From Cetorhinus maximus (lineage: Eukaryota), in the NCBI RefSeq assembly GCF_964194155.1, contig NC_135891.1, positions 86,986,001 to 87,050,000 of the forward strand: a stretch of 64,000 nt of DNA, in the 5' to 3' direction. Made by a program: the position numbers and the translations under genes. The stretch's first letter is position 1. Each line of letters opens with the position of its first letter. This document shows positions 35,331-48,500 of the stretch, piece after piece. The notes beneath the pieces were generated by a model, which was not told where the DNA came from, made no database searches, and saw nothing but the letters and a program-made list of their open reading frames with translations.

Positions 35331-36209
35331 TCTTCATTGGCAAACCTTCTGCGTCCCTCGGTGGCAGCCTTCCAGGGCTGCCGAGGCTGCATTTGAATTG
35401 GCTGCCAGTGTTGGACCCAGCGGACTTCGTGCTCCTGCCCCTGCTCGCCCCTTCGCGCACATCCCAGGCTGCATATCATGCCTGGTGGGCCTTAATTGGC
35501 TCGCCTGTGTAAAATCGCGGAGCGCTGCCAATCACAGGCGGGTGTCGGATTCCTGACCATACCCGCCTGCCCCTGCCGATCCTGCACACCAAGGGTAAAA
35601 TTCTGCCCATAGATGCTAAATAGGTTAGTGTCACTCAAAGTTAACAAGTCAGCCAGTTGCGATTGGATGCTGAGGGAAGCTACAATGCAGATAACAGAAA
35701 CTCTGACCATAATCTTGCAGTTATTTTGGAGTGGTGCCGGAGGGCTGGAGGATTGCATATATTGCACCTCTATTAAAAGAAAGGGAGAGGGATAACCCTA
35801 GTAACTGTAGGACAATCAATCTTACGTTAAAATTAATGCTCACTTAAAGAAGCATAGGTTAATAGGAGACAATCAGCATGGATTTGTTTAAAGTAAATCA
35901 TGTCAGATTAACTTTATTGAGTTCTTTAATGAAGTAACAGAGATAGTTGATGACGATAGTGCAATGATCTTATATATATGGATTTTCATAAAAGGTAAAA
36001 AGGTTTATTGTAGACATTTGGAAAATAGAAGCACATGGTATTCGAGGAACTTAGGAATGTAATTGCCTAAGTGAGAGGAGACAGATAATGGTGAATGGCT
36101 GATTTTATTGATGGAGTGAAATATGCATTGGGATTCCCTCAGGGCTTGGTATGAGGAACATTGATTTTCCCGTTATATATAAATGACCTGGACTTGAGTG
36201 TAGGATCAT

Positions 36210-37030
36210 TTTGGCCCATGACCTCTGACCTCTGGGTGTCGTACCCGAGAGGTATCCCGCAGAAGTGCTAGGGGACACAACCCCCACCCCCACCCCCACC
36301 GTAGATCCCCAGGTAAGGATTGCATGGCAGTTGCCCAGGAAGTTCAAACTTCCATGGGCAATTACCCTGCACTGGGAACCACCCAAAACCCTGATTGTCT
36401 TACAGGGATAGTTACCCAGGAAAAGTTAGAAGAGTTAAAATCACTTCTAACTCCTGGGTAACTATAGTACTGACCCCACCCTCGACCTTCCATGGAATCC
36501 CTTCGACTACCCTCCCGACCCCTAGTTGCACTCCTCAAACCCTCAACTACCCTCTCGACACCCCACTGGACCCACCCCCTGACTAACCCCCATCTCCGAC
36601 TACCCTCCTGACTCCCCACAGGACCTATCAATTACCCTCCTGACCCTTCACGGGACCCCTCCCAACCCCCGTACGCAACCTCCTGACTACCCTCCCAATC
36701 CTCCCGATTACCCTTCCGACCACATCCCTGGAGACCACTCAGTATCCCCTCTGACCATCCAACCTCCTCCCACATTGATCAACCCCACTCCGCTGACCAC
36801 CCGAGCATCCCCCAACCACCCGACAAACCTACATACTACATACCCGCCCAATCCTATCCACTTATCTTACACATTTACCTCCTCCCTGGTGTCTTAAAGT
36901 GGCTGGGACCTATAAACATACCTGCTTTACGGCAGCTGGTGCTGTAAAAAATTGGGATGTGGTTTCCTTTGCCCCCTGGCTCTACTGCCCTCGACTGAGA
37001 GAATTCCTGAACAGCTGCACTGCACTATTT
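36210..37030. mobile_element. Unclassified non-autonomous element with internal hairpin and C-rich imperfect repeats
   Basis: Inverted homolog at about 59940-60340; palindrome 36408-36465. Confidence 0.55.
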
Positions 37031-37615
37031 TCGACAGTGGAATTCCAAAGGCTTTCCTCCACCTTTGGTTACTGTGCACAGCAGACTTCTGCAAAAGTGG
37101 CTGGAGGCTTCCACAAGGCTGTTTTACATGGCCCCTTTAGATCTTACATGGCCTCCCCAACATAGCCTTCAATCCTTCTTGATATATGTTTTTCTCTCTC
37201 TTTAATTTGTAAATTCCACTGTTCAATATGTCTTTAGATATTTACTTTTCCCATAATATAAAAGTCTTTCATGTTGCCAATATGGTCAGTACCTTTGGGA
37301 AAAATAAACATACTGCTTGCCCTTGCTTATCTTATTAGTTGTAAACACCCTATCATCCCTTTGAAACCCAAACAACCCCTTCACTTATCTAAATATGCAA
37401 ATTTCCTTTACCACCTACATGCTCAGCCCTCATTCATGTTTACTCATTAACATTTCAAATGCCTTTTGCCCCTAATTTCTTCTGATAATTTCAAGCTTGC
37501 AGTCTATCTGACTCTAATTCAATCACACAGACAGAACCATCTACACTCACACCCATAAACCTATTAATAATAAACCACAATAATATAATGAAAAAAAAAT
37601 GTTAGTTTCATAACA
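37030..37615. mobile_element. Partial third copy of the solo-LTR family
   Basis: Aligns to 29660-30251; ends tttcataaca. Confidence 0.72.
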
Positions 37616-39778
37616 ATTTCAGTGTAAGTAACGAGGAGCGGACTGTGATTGCCACTCCATGCAAGTTCTGGTCTCAATCGGCATGGCTCTTGCCTCTTAG
37701 TCAGAAAGTTGTCGGTTCAAAATCCATTCAGAAAAACTGATCGAAACATTCTAGGCTGACATCCCAATGCTGTTCTGAAGGAATACTGTACTGCTAGGGG
37801 TGGTGTCATTTGAACGAGAGGTTAAACCAAATCCTGTCTGCTCTCTCAGGTGGATGCAAAATATCCAACGATATGCTTTATAATAATTTCCTGTGAGAAA
37901 ATATTATAAAATAGTTGAGATCAGGAGATTATCATGTGGTGGAGACCAAGCGGTCCAGGAGATATTTGGCATCTTTTAACTTCAACTTTTAGGGAGAATT
38001 ATTTTCTTCCTGTTTTACATTGTTTACCACTGAAACTGCTCTGACAGCAAAGAACTGACAGCATGCATTCCTGAAGATCTCATGGTTTATTTGATCCTAG
38101 GTTTGATAAAGGCAGTCAGTCATTCACATGCAGAATGTTTCAGTTGGAATTGGTTAGGTAACAATCTTTAGAACATACTCGGCTGATTCGGAACGTAAAT
38201 GCTGAGCTGGTTTGCTAAAAGCTTTGTAATGGATCAGGTGCCACAGGGGATTGACTGCTTCACTAAATTTGGTCTTAACCATGGTAATCCAAATTTGTTT
38301 GACTCTGGACAGTTTCTTGGGGGAGTGGGAGTGCTGGACGGGAGGGAGAGAGGTGGTTGGAAGGCAGGGTGGGGGGGAAGGTGGGAAGAAGCAGTTGTTA
38401 GAAAATAAATCAGTTTGACCAGATTGTGATTTGCTGAATTTGTGTGTCTTGAAGATTGTCCTGGTCAGAATAGACTTTTCCTAATCCTTCCAACCCATAC
38501 AAAATTGCATAGTGCTACTGTGATAAACTTTCCTTGAAAAATGAAAAAAAAAAGCACCAGTTGTTCTATTTCTCAACTTCAGGAATTCTTTATGGCTGAT
38601 TTAGTGCAGAAGCTATTAGGCAGTGCTAACCTTAAAATGGTCTTCTTGGGGTAGCCATTCCTTGTCAATTCATTATTATTTATGACCTTACTTCCATGCT
38701 ATTGTCCCCATCAACTGATACCAAACTGAGAATAGTCAGGGTTAGATAATTAATATTTGGAATCCAATACAGGAACTAATCAGACCAAGTTATAGGGTAA
38801 ATGGAAAATGCAAAGAACTCAATGCTTAAATATGAAACATCTCCAAAAATGTCACATCTAATGAGCAAAAGCACTCATCAGATGCCCATGTGAATCTTGG
38901 TCACAAGTTTTATATTGGTGGTCAATCTATTTAAAATTAACTGCACGTGCAAATCTGGAATTCAAACAAAATAGCAAATCAAAGTCATTGAACTTTGTGT
39001 TGTATGCTTTATCCAGTCAATGATTGGCTTACTGTGTATTTCCAACATTTTCAAATGTTTGATATTTTAGCTTATGGCTAGCAGCTTGTTAAGTGAAGCA
39101 ACTGCATATGCTTTAGTCATGAGTTTCTGCACACTGATAATTTTTCAATCCAATGTAACAATCCCTGAACCTATGTCACACCATTACAAAAGTAGGAGAG
39201 AGCAACCAGGAAATTATAGGCCCATTTTCTATTGCAGAAGTTAGTAAAATGTGCTATTAGGGAGAATGACTGAGCTTTTAAACAATATGAACTAAGATAG
39301 AAAAGGCCAGCATAGATTTGTAAATGAAAGTCATGTTCAACTAACCAGAGTAGGTCACTAATATAGTAACGTCCATAGCTGTTGCTATAAGGACTGCTGG
39401 AAGGCAAAGGTTCCACAAGCAAAGTTAGCTAAAAAAAAGGAAGCATGTGGAATTATAGGAAATCCACTGGGCATATAATGGGTTAGGAGGTAGGATAAAT
39501 GGATATACACCCAAATGCAGATTATCCGATCTCAAAGTTCAGATGCTGCATTCTCATCATCTCCCACAGTTGAAGGATGCCAATCACTCTAAAATGGCAG
39601 AATATGATTGGTAGCATCATTGAGATATCTGTAAAGGGGCCTCAGCCTTCACTCTTAATGGTTTGAATGGAGAGAAAAGAGCTGTTGTTTATCCAATTTG
39701 CAGGTGACACCAATTTAGGTACCTGTGAGCTAATTAAATTCTGAAGAAGGCTCAAGGAAATGAAAGGAAGATGGTGGT

Positions 39779-42700
39779 TGTGGTAATTATGGTTTTATTT
39801 AGCGTGTAATATACCTTTAAGAACAACGCTTATTAAGGAAGATCACATAATCTTTAGTACCCAGTAGGAGAGCAGCACGGGCTACCTCAGTAGTTAGTAG
39901 TTGGTTGTGTAGAGATAGAGTTCGAGTTGAATGCACACATGTAGTTGCTGAATACCGTACTCCACATCGGGCGGGAAACCCCAGCCAAAAAGGGGACAAA
40001 AATGCAAGGCTCTGCCGAGAAGTGGGAAACAGCCCCCACTAGCCGAGAAACAAGAAGAAATGACTCAGCAGCGAAATCAAAGAATAATTTCAATAGAGGT
40101 GGGAACAGGCAGTCTTTTAACAATTGGCAGTTTAAAAAAAATCACGTTATTATTGTCACAGAAATAGACATATAATGAGACAGCATAAGGAAAGATTCAA
40201 GCAGGCTTGTAAACAGAGGAAGAAATCCCAAACGAGATCTACAATGTAGCAGAGCCTGAAACAACAAATTCAGACATTTACTCGTTATTTAATCTGAAGG
40301 TTGGAAAGACACAACCAATATTTGTCACAGTGAAAGTAAATGGCAAACCTGTTAGAATGGAAGTGGATATGGGAGCTTCCACTACAGTAATTGGGGAACA
40401 TACCTTCAGATATCTGAATAAATGGTGAACATCAATTAAATTTAGAAGAAATAGCTGCCAAACTAAAAACATACACGGGCGAAGACATTCGAGTCAAAGG
40501 CATAAGCAGAGTAACTGTCTGTTATGGAAGCCAGTCAACAAAGCTGAACTCGATGGTAGTAGCAGGCGAGGTGCCAAACATCCTGGGCTGAAACTGGCTA
40601 AAGGAAATTAAGTTAGAATGGGCTGAAATTCTCCAGTTGAGAGCAAGTGGGTTACCAGAGCTACTTCGAAAGTATGCCACAGTTTCAAGGACGATCTTAG
40701 GAAGATCCAGGGCTGCAGACAAAAATTCATATGGATCTGGAAGCAACCCCTCAATTCATGAAGGCAAGACCAGTGCTATAAGCACTGTGAGGAAAAGTCG
40801 ACACCAAACTGGACTAGAGAAACTGGCGTTATTCCACCTGTGCAGTTCTCTGAATGGGCAGCACCCATAGTCCCCATCCTTAAACCAGACCAAAGTGTCT
40901 GAATTTGTGGAGACTACAAATTAACGGTTAATAAAGTAGCTAAGCTAGACAGACACCCCATTCCAAAAATTGAGGACTTGTATGCCAAGCTGGCAGGTGG
41001 TACCACCTACACGAAGCTTGACACGAGTCATGCTTATCAACAAGAGTTAGATATGCCTCCCAGGAATTTGTCACAATTAATATCCACAAAGGGTTGTACC
41101 AATACACGTAATTATCTTTCGGTGTCTCCTCAGCTTGCGCCATTTTCCAGAGAACAATGGAAAGTTTATTGCAGGGACTGCCCCAGGCTGTAGTCTATTT
41201 AGGTGATGTTTTGGTGACAGGATTCACTGAAAAAGAGCTTTTGGCAAATTTAGAAGCAGTCTTAAAATGTTTCTTGCAAGCTGGAGTGCGTTTAAAAAAA
41301 GGAAAGTACACTTTCCAAGTGAGGGAGGTGATCTATTTGTGTAACTGGGTAGATTCACCTGCACCAAAGAACACCTCAGAACTCAAATCATTCCTAGGAA
41401 TGATCAACTATTATTGGTAGTTCTTACCCAATTTGTCTACAGTGTTGCCCCCCTGCATTCTCTGCTCAAAAAGAACAAACATTGGTCTTGGGAGGCACCC
41501 CAGAAAGAAGCTTTCATGAAGGTGAAACAATTGTTGCACTCGTCCAATCTATTAGTGCATTATGACCAAATGAAAGAATTGACGCTGACATGTGAAGCAT
41601 CTCCCTACGGAGTGGGAGTAGTGCTCTCCCATTGGATGGATGATGGCATGGAATGGTCAGCAGGTTGCGTATCAAGAATGCTCACCACAGCGGAAAAGGG
41701 ATACTTGCAGATAGAAAATGGCCTGTCCATCATTGGTGTCAAGAAATTTCAACAATATTCACATGGCCGCCATCTTACAATCCTTTCAGACCACAAACCA
41801 TTGCTTAGTGAGGACAAAGCTATACAGCCTATAGCCTAGGCAAGAAAACAATGATGGGCTTTAATCCTGGCAGCCTACAAATACATAGGCCTGGCAATCA
41901 AATTGCAAACGCTGATGCACTTAGTCATTTGCCTTTACAAGAAAATGAGGAAATCCCAGTTCCACAGGAACTTGTTTTGCTGTTAAATTTCTTAGATTCG
42001 TTGCGGTTATGTGCTTAACAGATTAGATAGGACTGAGTCCAGTCTCTGAAGTACAAAAACAAGTGCTACATGGTTGGTCACGGGAGCTCATATCTGATGA
42101 AATGAAACCGTACTTTGACAGAAGACATGAAATAATAAGATGCCATCCTGGCTGGTTGTGGGGACCATGAGTGATAGTACCTCCAAAGACAAGGGAGCCA
42201 CTTTTAATTGAACTACACAGCACACATCCAGGAATATCCTGAATGAAGACCAAAGCATGCAGCTACCTATGGTAGCCTGGGATGGATGGCGAAATAGAGA
42301 ATTTAGTGAAGAATTGTGTGCAATGTCAGCAACTGCAAAAGTTACTATCAACAGCTCCGTTACATCCTTGTGAGTGGCCAGGAAGATCTTGGGTGTGATT
42401 ACACATTAACTATGTGGGACCTTTCATGGGAACAATGTTTCTGCTCATTGTTGGTGACCACTCAAAATGGATGGACATATAAGAGGTGAAGCCACCAATG
42501 TCGACTGCTACAATTGAGAAACGGACTACCAGAAGTAGTCATTTCTGATGACTGCACAGCATTTACAAGTGCTGAGTTGCAATGGTTTATCACTCATGTA
42601 AAAACATCACCACACCATCCTTCCTCAAATGGACTGGCCAAAAGGGTGGTTCAAATGTCCAAGGCATAAAGCAGTTAACTGGAGATTCCTTAACGACCAC

Positions 42701-43534
42701 ATTGGCATGCTTTCTTTTCCATTACAGGATTACCTGTCATACAACATGTGGAGTTATTGCTGAAACGCTATCTCAGGATAATATTGAGCTTAATAATGCC
42801 AAACTCAGGGAAGCCAGAAAACTAGATGCAGCTGGCATAGCCATGAGGAAATTTACCATGGGAGAGATGATATATATGAAAAACTTGAGGGAGGGACCAA
42901 AGTGGTTACCAGGTGAAATAAGTGGTGACTAGACCTCTATCATAGGGAGATATGTGGATCATTTACAGGAGAGGGAGAAAGACAGATCACCAAGAATCAA
43001 ATTTCATCAGTGATCATGGCCAGGTCAGCATTTCCTGTTGAGTACTCAACCCAGGACACACACGGCTGATGCTCCTATAAAAATTGAGGATACGGAATTG
43101 CAGGTGCCTACCAAAGCACTGGGTGTTCAGGCAACTCCAGAAAATAAGTTGTAGAGCTGAGATGTTCTACACGCATAAGAAAGCCACCAGAAAGGCTGAA
43201 CTTGTAAATTCCTTACCTGGTGTAAATATTTTGTCATCTTGAGATATTTGTACTTATAAGTTCTATATTTGAGTAAAGGGGAGGGATATGCTAATAATGG
43301 TTTAATTTAGTGTGTAATATACCTTTAACATCAATGCTGGTTAAGGAGGATCACATGACCTTTAATACCCACTAGAAGATTAGCACATGCTACCTCAGTA
43401 GTTGGTTGTATGGGGAAAGAGTGAGTTGACAGCACGTGTGTAGTTACTGCTGAGTACCTTGTAAATAAACTCAAAGTTTCCACTTAGAGTTGATCTGCAG
43501 ATACTATCAGTAGTACCAACTTGGCCACCACTCA
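39779..43534 (+). mobile_element. Ty3/Gypsy (Mag-like) LTR retrotransposon, decayed, gag deleted
   Basis: LTRs about 39779-39958 and 43287-43534; PPT aaaggggaggga; protease MEVDMGAS, RT VVYLGDVLVTG, RNase H CEASPYGVGVVL, integrase HSTHPG...CVQCQ. Confidence 0.9.
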
Positions 43535-45156
43535 ATTAAACAATGTTCTTAAATTTGAGAGCACTAACAATGCCTTAGATCAGGATATCAAGTCCTACAC
43601 ATCCTGGTCAGAACTGTAAGCTAAAATACAACTGTGGAGACATGAGTGCAACATTTCAATTGTAATTACTTTAAAGAATGCAATCAGTTCTACTTACTGT
43701 ACCAATTTCAGTTAATCATTTGGAGCTCATGGTGCAGGAAATAAAGTGAAAGGTCAATGGAACAGTCTTTTAAACTAGAGTATGGTGACTTACCCAAAGT
43801 TCCCTTACACAATTATACATGCATCTATTTTGTCAGCTGCCCCTTTTCATTCCACTTTAGATACTTCAGTTATGAGAACAAAACATGATTTTGGGAAAGC
43901 CAATTAAATTATTTTGCTTGATTCTGCTCCAATATAAAATTAAATAGATTTTTTTTAGTCACAAATAATTCTGACCATATTATGTTGTATTCAGGGTATA
44001 GACAATGTTTGTGCTGAATGCCCTCAAGTGCAGTTTACGGCCAGAGTGAGCCAATAGTAAATAAACTGAAGTGTTAATACTTGTGCCAACATGGCCTTGA
44101 CTCTGTCTGCAAGTATCCTTTTTGTAACTTGTCCTAATGTATCAAACTAGATTAGCATTACCATTCTTACCCAGCAAGCACAAGTACGGAGAATGCCAGA
44201 TAGGCTGCACAAACTGACAATACACTCAATCTCTTTATCCCCTCCATTAGCTCTTGGACTTTATTGGTGCAAGAAAAATTTACAGCCCATCTTTAGTGTA
44301 GTGATATTTGACCATATCTCCAGTAGGGAGCATGATTACAAAAATCATTGAATTTTAATACATCTCATTAATGAACAGTATTACATTCTTGTAGTTTTCT
44401 TTAGGTAAAGTAAAAAGGTAAACTGAAGTTGCTGTATGGCACATCAAACCCATCTCTTGACTCAGACATGCTAGGTGAATGTGCTTAACAGCTGGGTGGG
44501 GATGGTGGGATTCCATGTTGGAATAAGAAATACAGACACTAGCAATTCACTTTACACAAAAGGATTGACTGGAACACTCACTTGGTGTTCAGCATTATTG
44601 CAATGCACAGGCAGTTCAAATACAATGATTGTTATCTTTATCTGGGCTGCAAAAGAAAAATACCCAAGATGGTGGGAAATTTCCTGTAGCTGTAACATCA
44701 AAATGGAGGCTCAAATAGAACCCAACTTCTTGTTGCAGTAAATGCTGCAAATAAAAATTCTACAAAAAAGTACTCTTGAACTGGCAGGCATCCAAAATTT
44801 CAACTTCAATGCTCTAAAGCTCCTACTCACTAAACAGGTGTCAGGAGGGCTGATATCCCTTCAAGTTCATGGGTGAATGCAATTAACTGAAGTTAGGCAG
44901 GAGCTTTATCTAATTCAAAAATCAACACTAACACAACATGGCAGCAAGAGTCCACAAAATGATGTCATTATTCAAACAAGGGAAAAAACACGTTACAAGA
45001 TTGTAGGGTAGTACAATTACTCAATATGGAAATAGAGTGAAGGTTAATGCTGTTTATTCATACTTTCAGAAATAGGGCTATTTTCACTATACAAAATCTG
45101 ACAAGTTTAACTTGTAGTTTAACCATATACAGTATATAGCTACAGGCAGGTCACAC

Positions 45157-45552
45157 CTATTCTTGGACTTCATCCATTTCAATCATCTGCTCTGACTGAG
45201 GGTCCTCAATCATCTGCTCTGACTGAGAGTGCTCAATCAGTTCTGGGACAAAGGGACCCACCAACCAGTTGAGAGGAGTGTTGTGAAGCACATAGTCCAT
45301 TACCCCATCCATGGATTCCCGGATCTTCAGCATTTGCTCTCTGCTTTGCACCAGGAGCTGCCCAGAGAGATCACCGAATGAACTGGCAGAGGAGAAAGAG
45401 GTGTGGATGGTCTCTGCTGTTTTGCGGATCTGCTGCACTTTGTCTTGAATGTGCTGAGGGAGGCCGTGTACATTTGAAGCCAAGGTCAGGCAGGTAGTCT
45501 GTAGTTGCTGGGTGAGACTGTGAGTCATGGTTAGGGTTTGGGATTCAAGTTG
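45157..45552 (-). CDS. Gene C exon 8 (last)
   Basis: QLESQTLTM...[11 protein letters not shown]...DEVQE*; AATAAA on the minus strand at 45053-45058. Confidence 0.94.
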   Translation of the reverse strand, partial: QLESQTLTMTHSLTQQLQTTCLTLASNVHGLPQHIQDKVQQIRKTAETIHTSFSSASSFGDLSGQLLVQSREQMLKIRESMDGVMDYVLHNTPLNWLVGPFVPELIEHSQSEQMIEDPQSEQMIEMDEVQE

Positions 45553-48500
45553 CTGCAATGCAAGAAACAATTAGAATTTAATCACCCTTTGGTCTATTTC
45601 AAAGGCACCCTAGGTAATGCCTAATAAAACCTCTAATCCACAATTTCAGCATAATGTTTTTGAATACAGATAAATGGATTATATGGTATGAAACTAAGAA
45701 TCATTGGTAACTCTTGCAGAGTCAGCTGACCAGTCAGACAGCTGAAGAGGCTAAAAATGGTGATTTAACTTGGTGATCACATCCAGGAGATGACTTTCTG
45801 GAATATCCAAGCTTTGGCTGATGACACTCCACTGTTGCTTGCAAGTTACCTAAATGATTACCACCCCCACCACTACATGTAGTTTTATAGACAATAGTTT
45901 GTAGTTCAATAGATCAAGGGATATGGGGATAAAGCAGGAGTATGGCATTGAGGTAGAAAATCAGCCATGATCATATTGAATGTCAGAGCAGGCTTGGAGG
46001 GCTGAATGACCTACTCCTGCTTCTATTTTCCTGTTTCTATGAAATATAGGCTGGCATTTTCCAGCCCTGCTGCAGCAGGACCTGCTGCAGTGGATGTGGC
46101 AAACTAGCCAAAAGTCCATTGGCTTTGGTGGCACCAGCCAATCCCACCAGTTGGTGGTATTGTAAGGTCCCACTTGTGGATGTACAACCCAATTGTACCA
46201 CAGCAGAGGTAAAGATAAAGCCAAATTTTGCCAAACATACCAGGCTCTGGTCTGAACACTAAACTGGTTACATGACAGATGACAGCCATTGCAGGAACAG
46301 AATTACTATTAAATGTGAGTCACTATCTGGCATTTGTCTGTATTGGCACTGAAGCCACCATCAGGACTAGCCTGTTTGATTACAAGGGCTCAATTTTCTA
46401 ATAGCATTGAAGTGAAGGGATTGATCCTTGAGCACATGGGGAACTCAAGGTTTAATGGCATCTGGATTCAAAGACATTCAGCCTGGGGTGCTTCCTCTTA
46501 CTCAATAATAAGTTCTATTTGATAGCTGCAGCAATTTAGCAGAAAGTATAGATGCTTGTTCCCCATAGTAAAAATATGAGTTTGTACCTCTGGTTTCAGA
46601 CACCCTTCTTCCTCCACTTGACCTTTTTGTTTCTTCTGCCAGTCAACGCACATCTGATGCAGCTTTTCCTGAACCCCATGCAGCTTCTGATTTGCTGAAT
46701 CTACTCCTTTCTTTGCCAATTCAATCTGCAAATATAGCAAGTCATAAAATACTGAAAAATTGAACCAACTGGTAGACCAACAGTTCCCAGTGCAATGTTT
46801 CATTACACATTTCAGCTCAAGGAAAAAAAGTGATTTGTTTTTATTGGTCATTTAAATCTGAACTTCCAAGTTAGCAAATGTATTATTTAGGATTTTATAG
46901 TCATCCAGGAAATTTAAAATTGTAACAAGGTCAGGTTTAGTTAAATGTCCACTTAGAGATGCACCTAATTTCTAGAATAAGCTTGAGTTCAGAAGTGGAA
47001 CAACTTGTGAACTTTCAAAATGGTTATAAATGTTAACTCTCAACTAAACCCAAGAAATTTAATTAGAAACACCTTTAACAACAATGCTGGTTAAGGAAGA
47101 TGTCATGATCTTTAGCACCCAATAGGAATAGCAGCACAGGCTACCTCAGTAATTGGTTGTGTAGAGATGTAGTTGCTGCTGAGTACCTTGTTAATTAACT
47201 TAAAAGTTTCCACCTAAGTAGTGTCTTCAGATCAACTTTATAGTACCAACTCAGCCAACAATGGTGCAATGTTCAAATTTGTTAAGCACTAAATGCCTTC
47301 AATGATATCAAGTCCATACACACCCTGGTCAGAATTGTAAGCCAAAATACAATTATACAAGTTAGTACAGCACTTTCAATTGTAATTAAGAATGCAAATC
47401 AGCTCCATTTACTGTACCAATTTCAGCTATAATCATTTGAAGCTCCATGTGCAGGAAATAAGGTGAAAGGCCACTGGAACAGTATTTTAAAATGGAGTAT
47501 GGGTGACTTACCCAAAGTTCCCTTACACAATCATACATGCCATCTATTTTGTCAGCTTCCCCTCTTCATTCCACTTTAGATACTAAATAGTGTACAAATG
47601 AATAATTCCAATGTATTTTGAAATGCAGTTTGCTGCCCCTCCACTTCAGATTAGCTACAGGTTTCTCCAAGTCTCAGATCAAATGAACATGCCTTACCTC
47701 AGGAAAAGGCTTTGACTGACTGCTAGAGTCATGGTGGCAGCAGGGCCAATTATTATTGCACAATAATTCAGTGGCCAGATCCTCTTACTATTCAAGACCA
47801 GGTTCAATCTTGGCTAAAGAGGCTCTAGGCTAGACTAGAGCAATACAAGTGAACCTCAGTTTAAAGTCCACATTGAGATAGAAAGATTCCATATTGTGTA
47901 CAATGGAATGACAACAGCACAAGCCCACTGCCTGTGCCAGCCCTTTGGTAGAACTATTCAATTAGCTCCACTCCCTTGCTCTTTCCCTAGTGCTGCAGGT
48001 TTTTTCCTGCCTCAAATGTTCACCCAATTGTTTTGGTAAATTGAATCTATTTACATAATCCTTTCAGACCATAAAAGCTGGATGTTAAAGTTTAGTTTTT
48101 TTTTTAAAAAATCACCTTAAATTTGCATCTTCTGAATGCAGACTTGGCTGTCACTGGAAACAGTTATTTACTACTTAAAACCATTTGTGTCTTCTGTCCA
48201 AAGGAGAACAATCCCAGCCTCTCTATAATTGAAGTTCCTCATCCCCAGAACAAATATCTTCCATACCCTGCCCAAGGCCTAATTAATGTCCTTTCTGAAA
48301 TGAACAATATTCCTCAGCTGTGTAACTAGTGTTTTATAAATTATCACAACTTCATTTGCTTAGTATGCAATCTGAAAAAAAGGGCATTAGGGAAAACAAG
48401 TATCTTGCCACCTTCTAGGATTTGTGTACATATGCTCCAGGTCTCAGTTCCTGCATCCCTTTGAAATCATGTCATTTAGTTTGTCTTGTTCTTCTATCAA

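Larger units (their letters stand above)
31408..35608 (+). mobile_element. Full-length decayed PIF/Harbinger DNA transposon
   Basis: Perfect 12-bp TIR GGGCAGAATTTT / AAAATTCTGCCC; convergent transposase and Myb/SANT genes. Confidence 0.92.
30380..36205 (+). mobile_element. Decayed CR1 ORF2 split by the Harbinger insertion
   Basis: EN motifs at 30490-30820, LNEYFAFV at 31320; resumes after 35609 with QHGFV and YMDF-like RT motifs. Confidence 0.65.

Noticed and set aside
36470-36850. CRISPR-like or regular repeat array
   Set aside because: Imperfect C-rich low-complexity units with no constant repeat-spacer structure, in a eukaryotic context.
43788-43870. Possible extra coding exon with a gtaagt donor (duplicated at about 47507-47584)
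   Set aside because: No recognisable protein similarity, a stop in the best frame, an indel between the copies and no clear acceptor.
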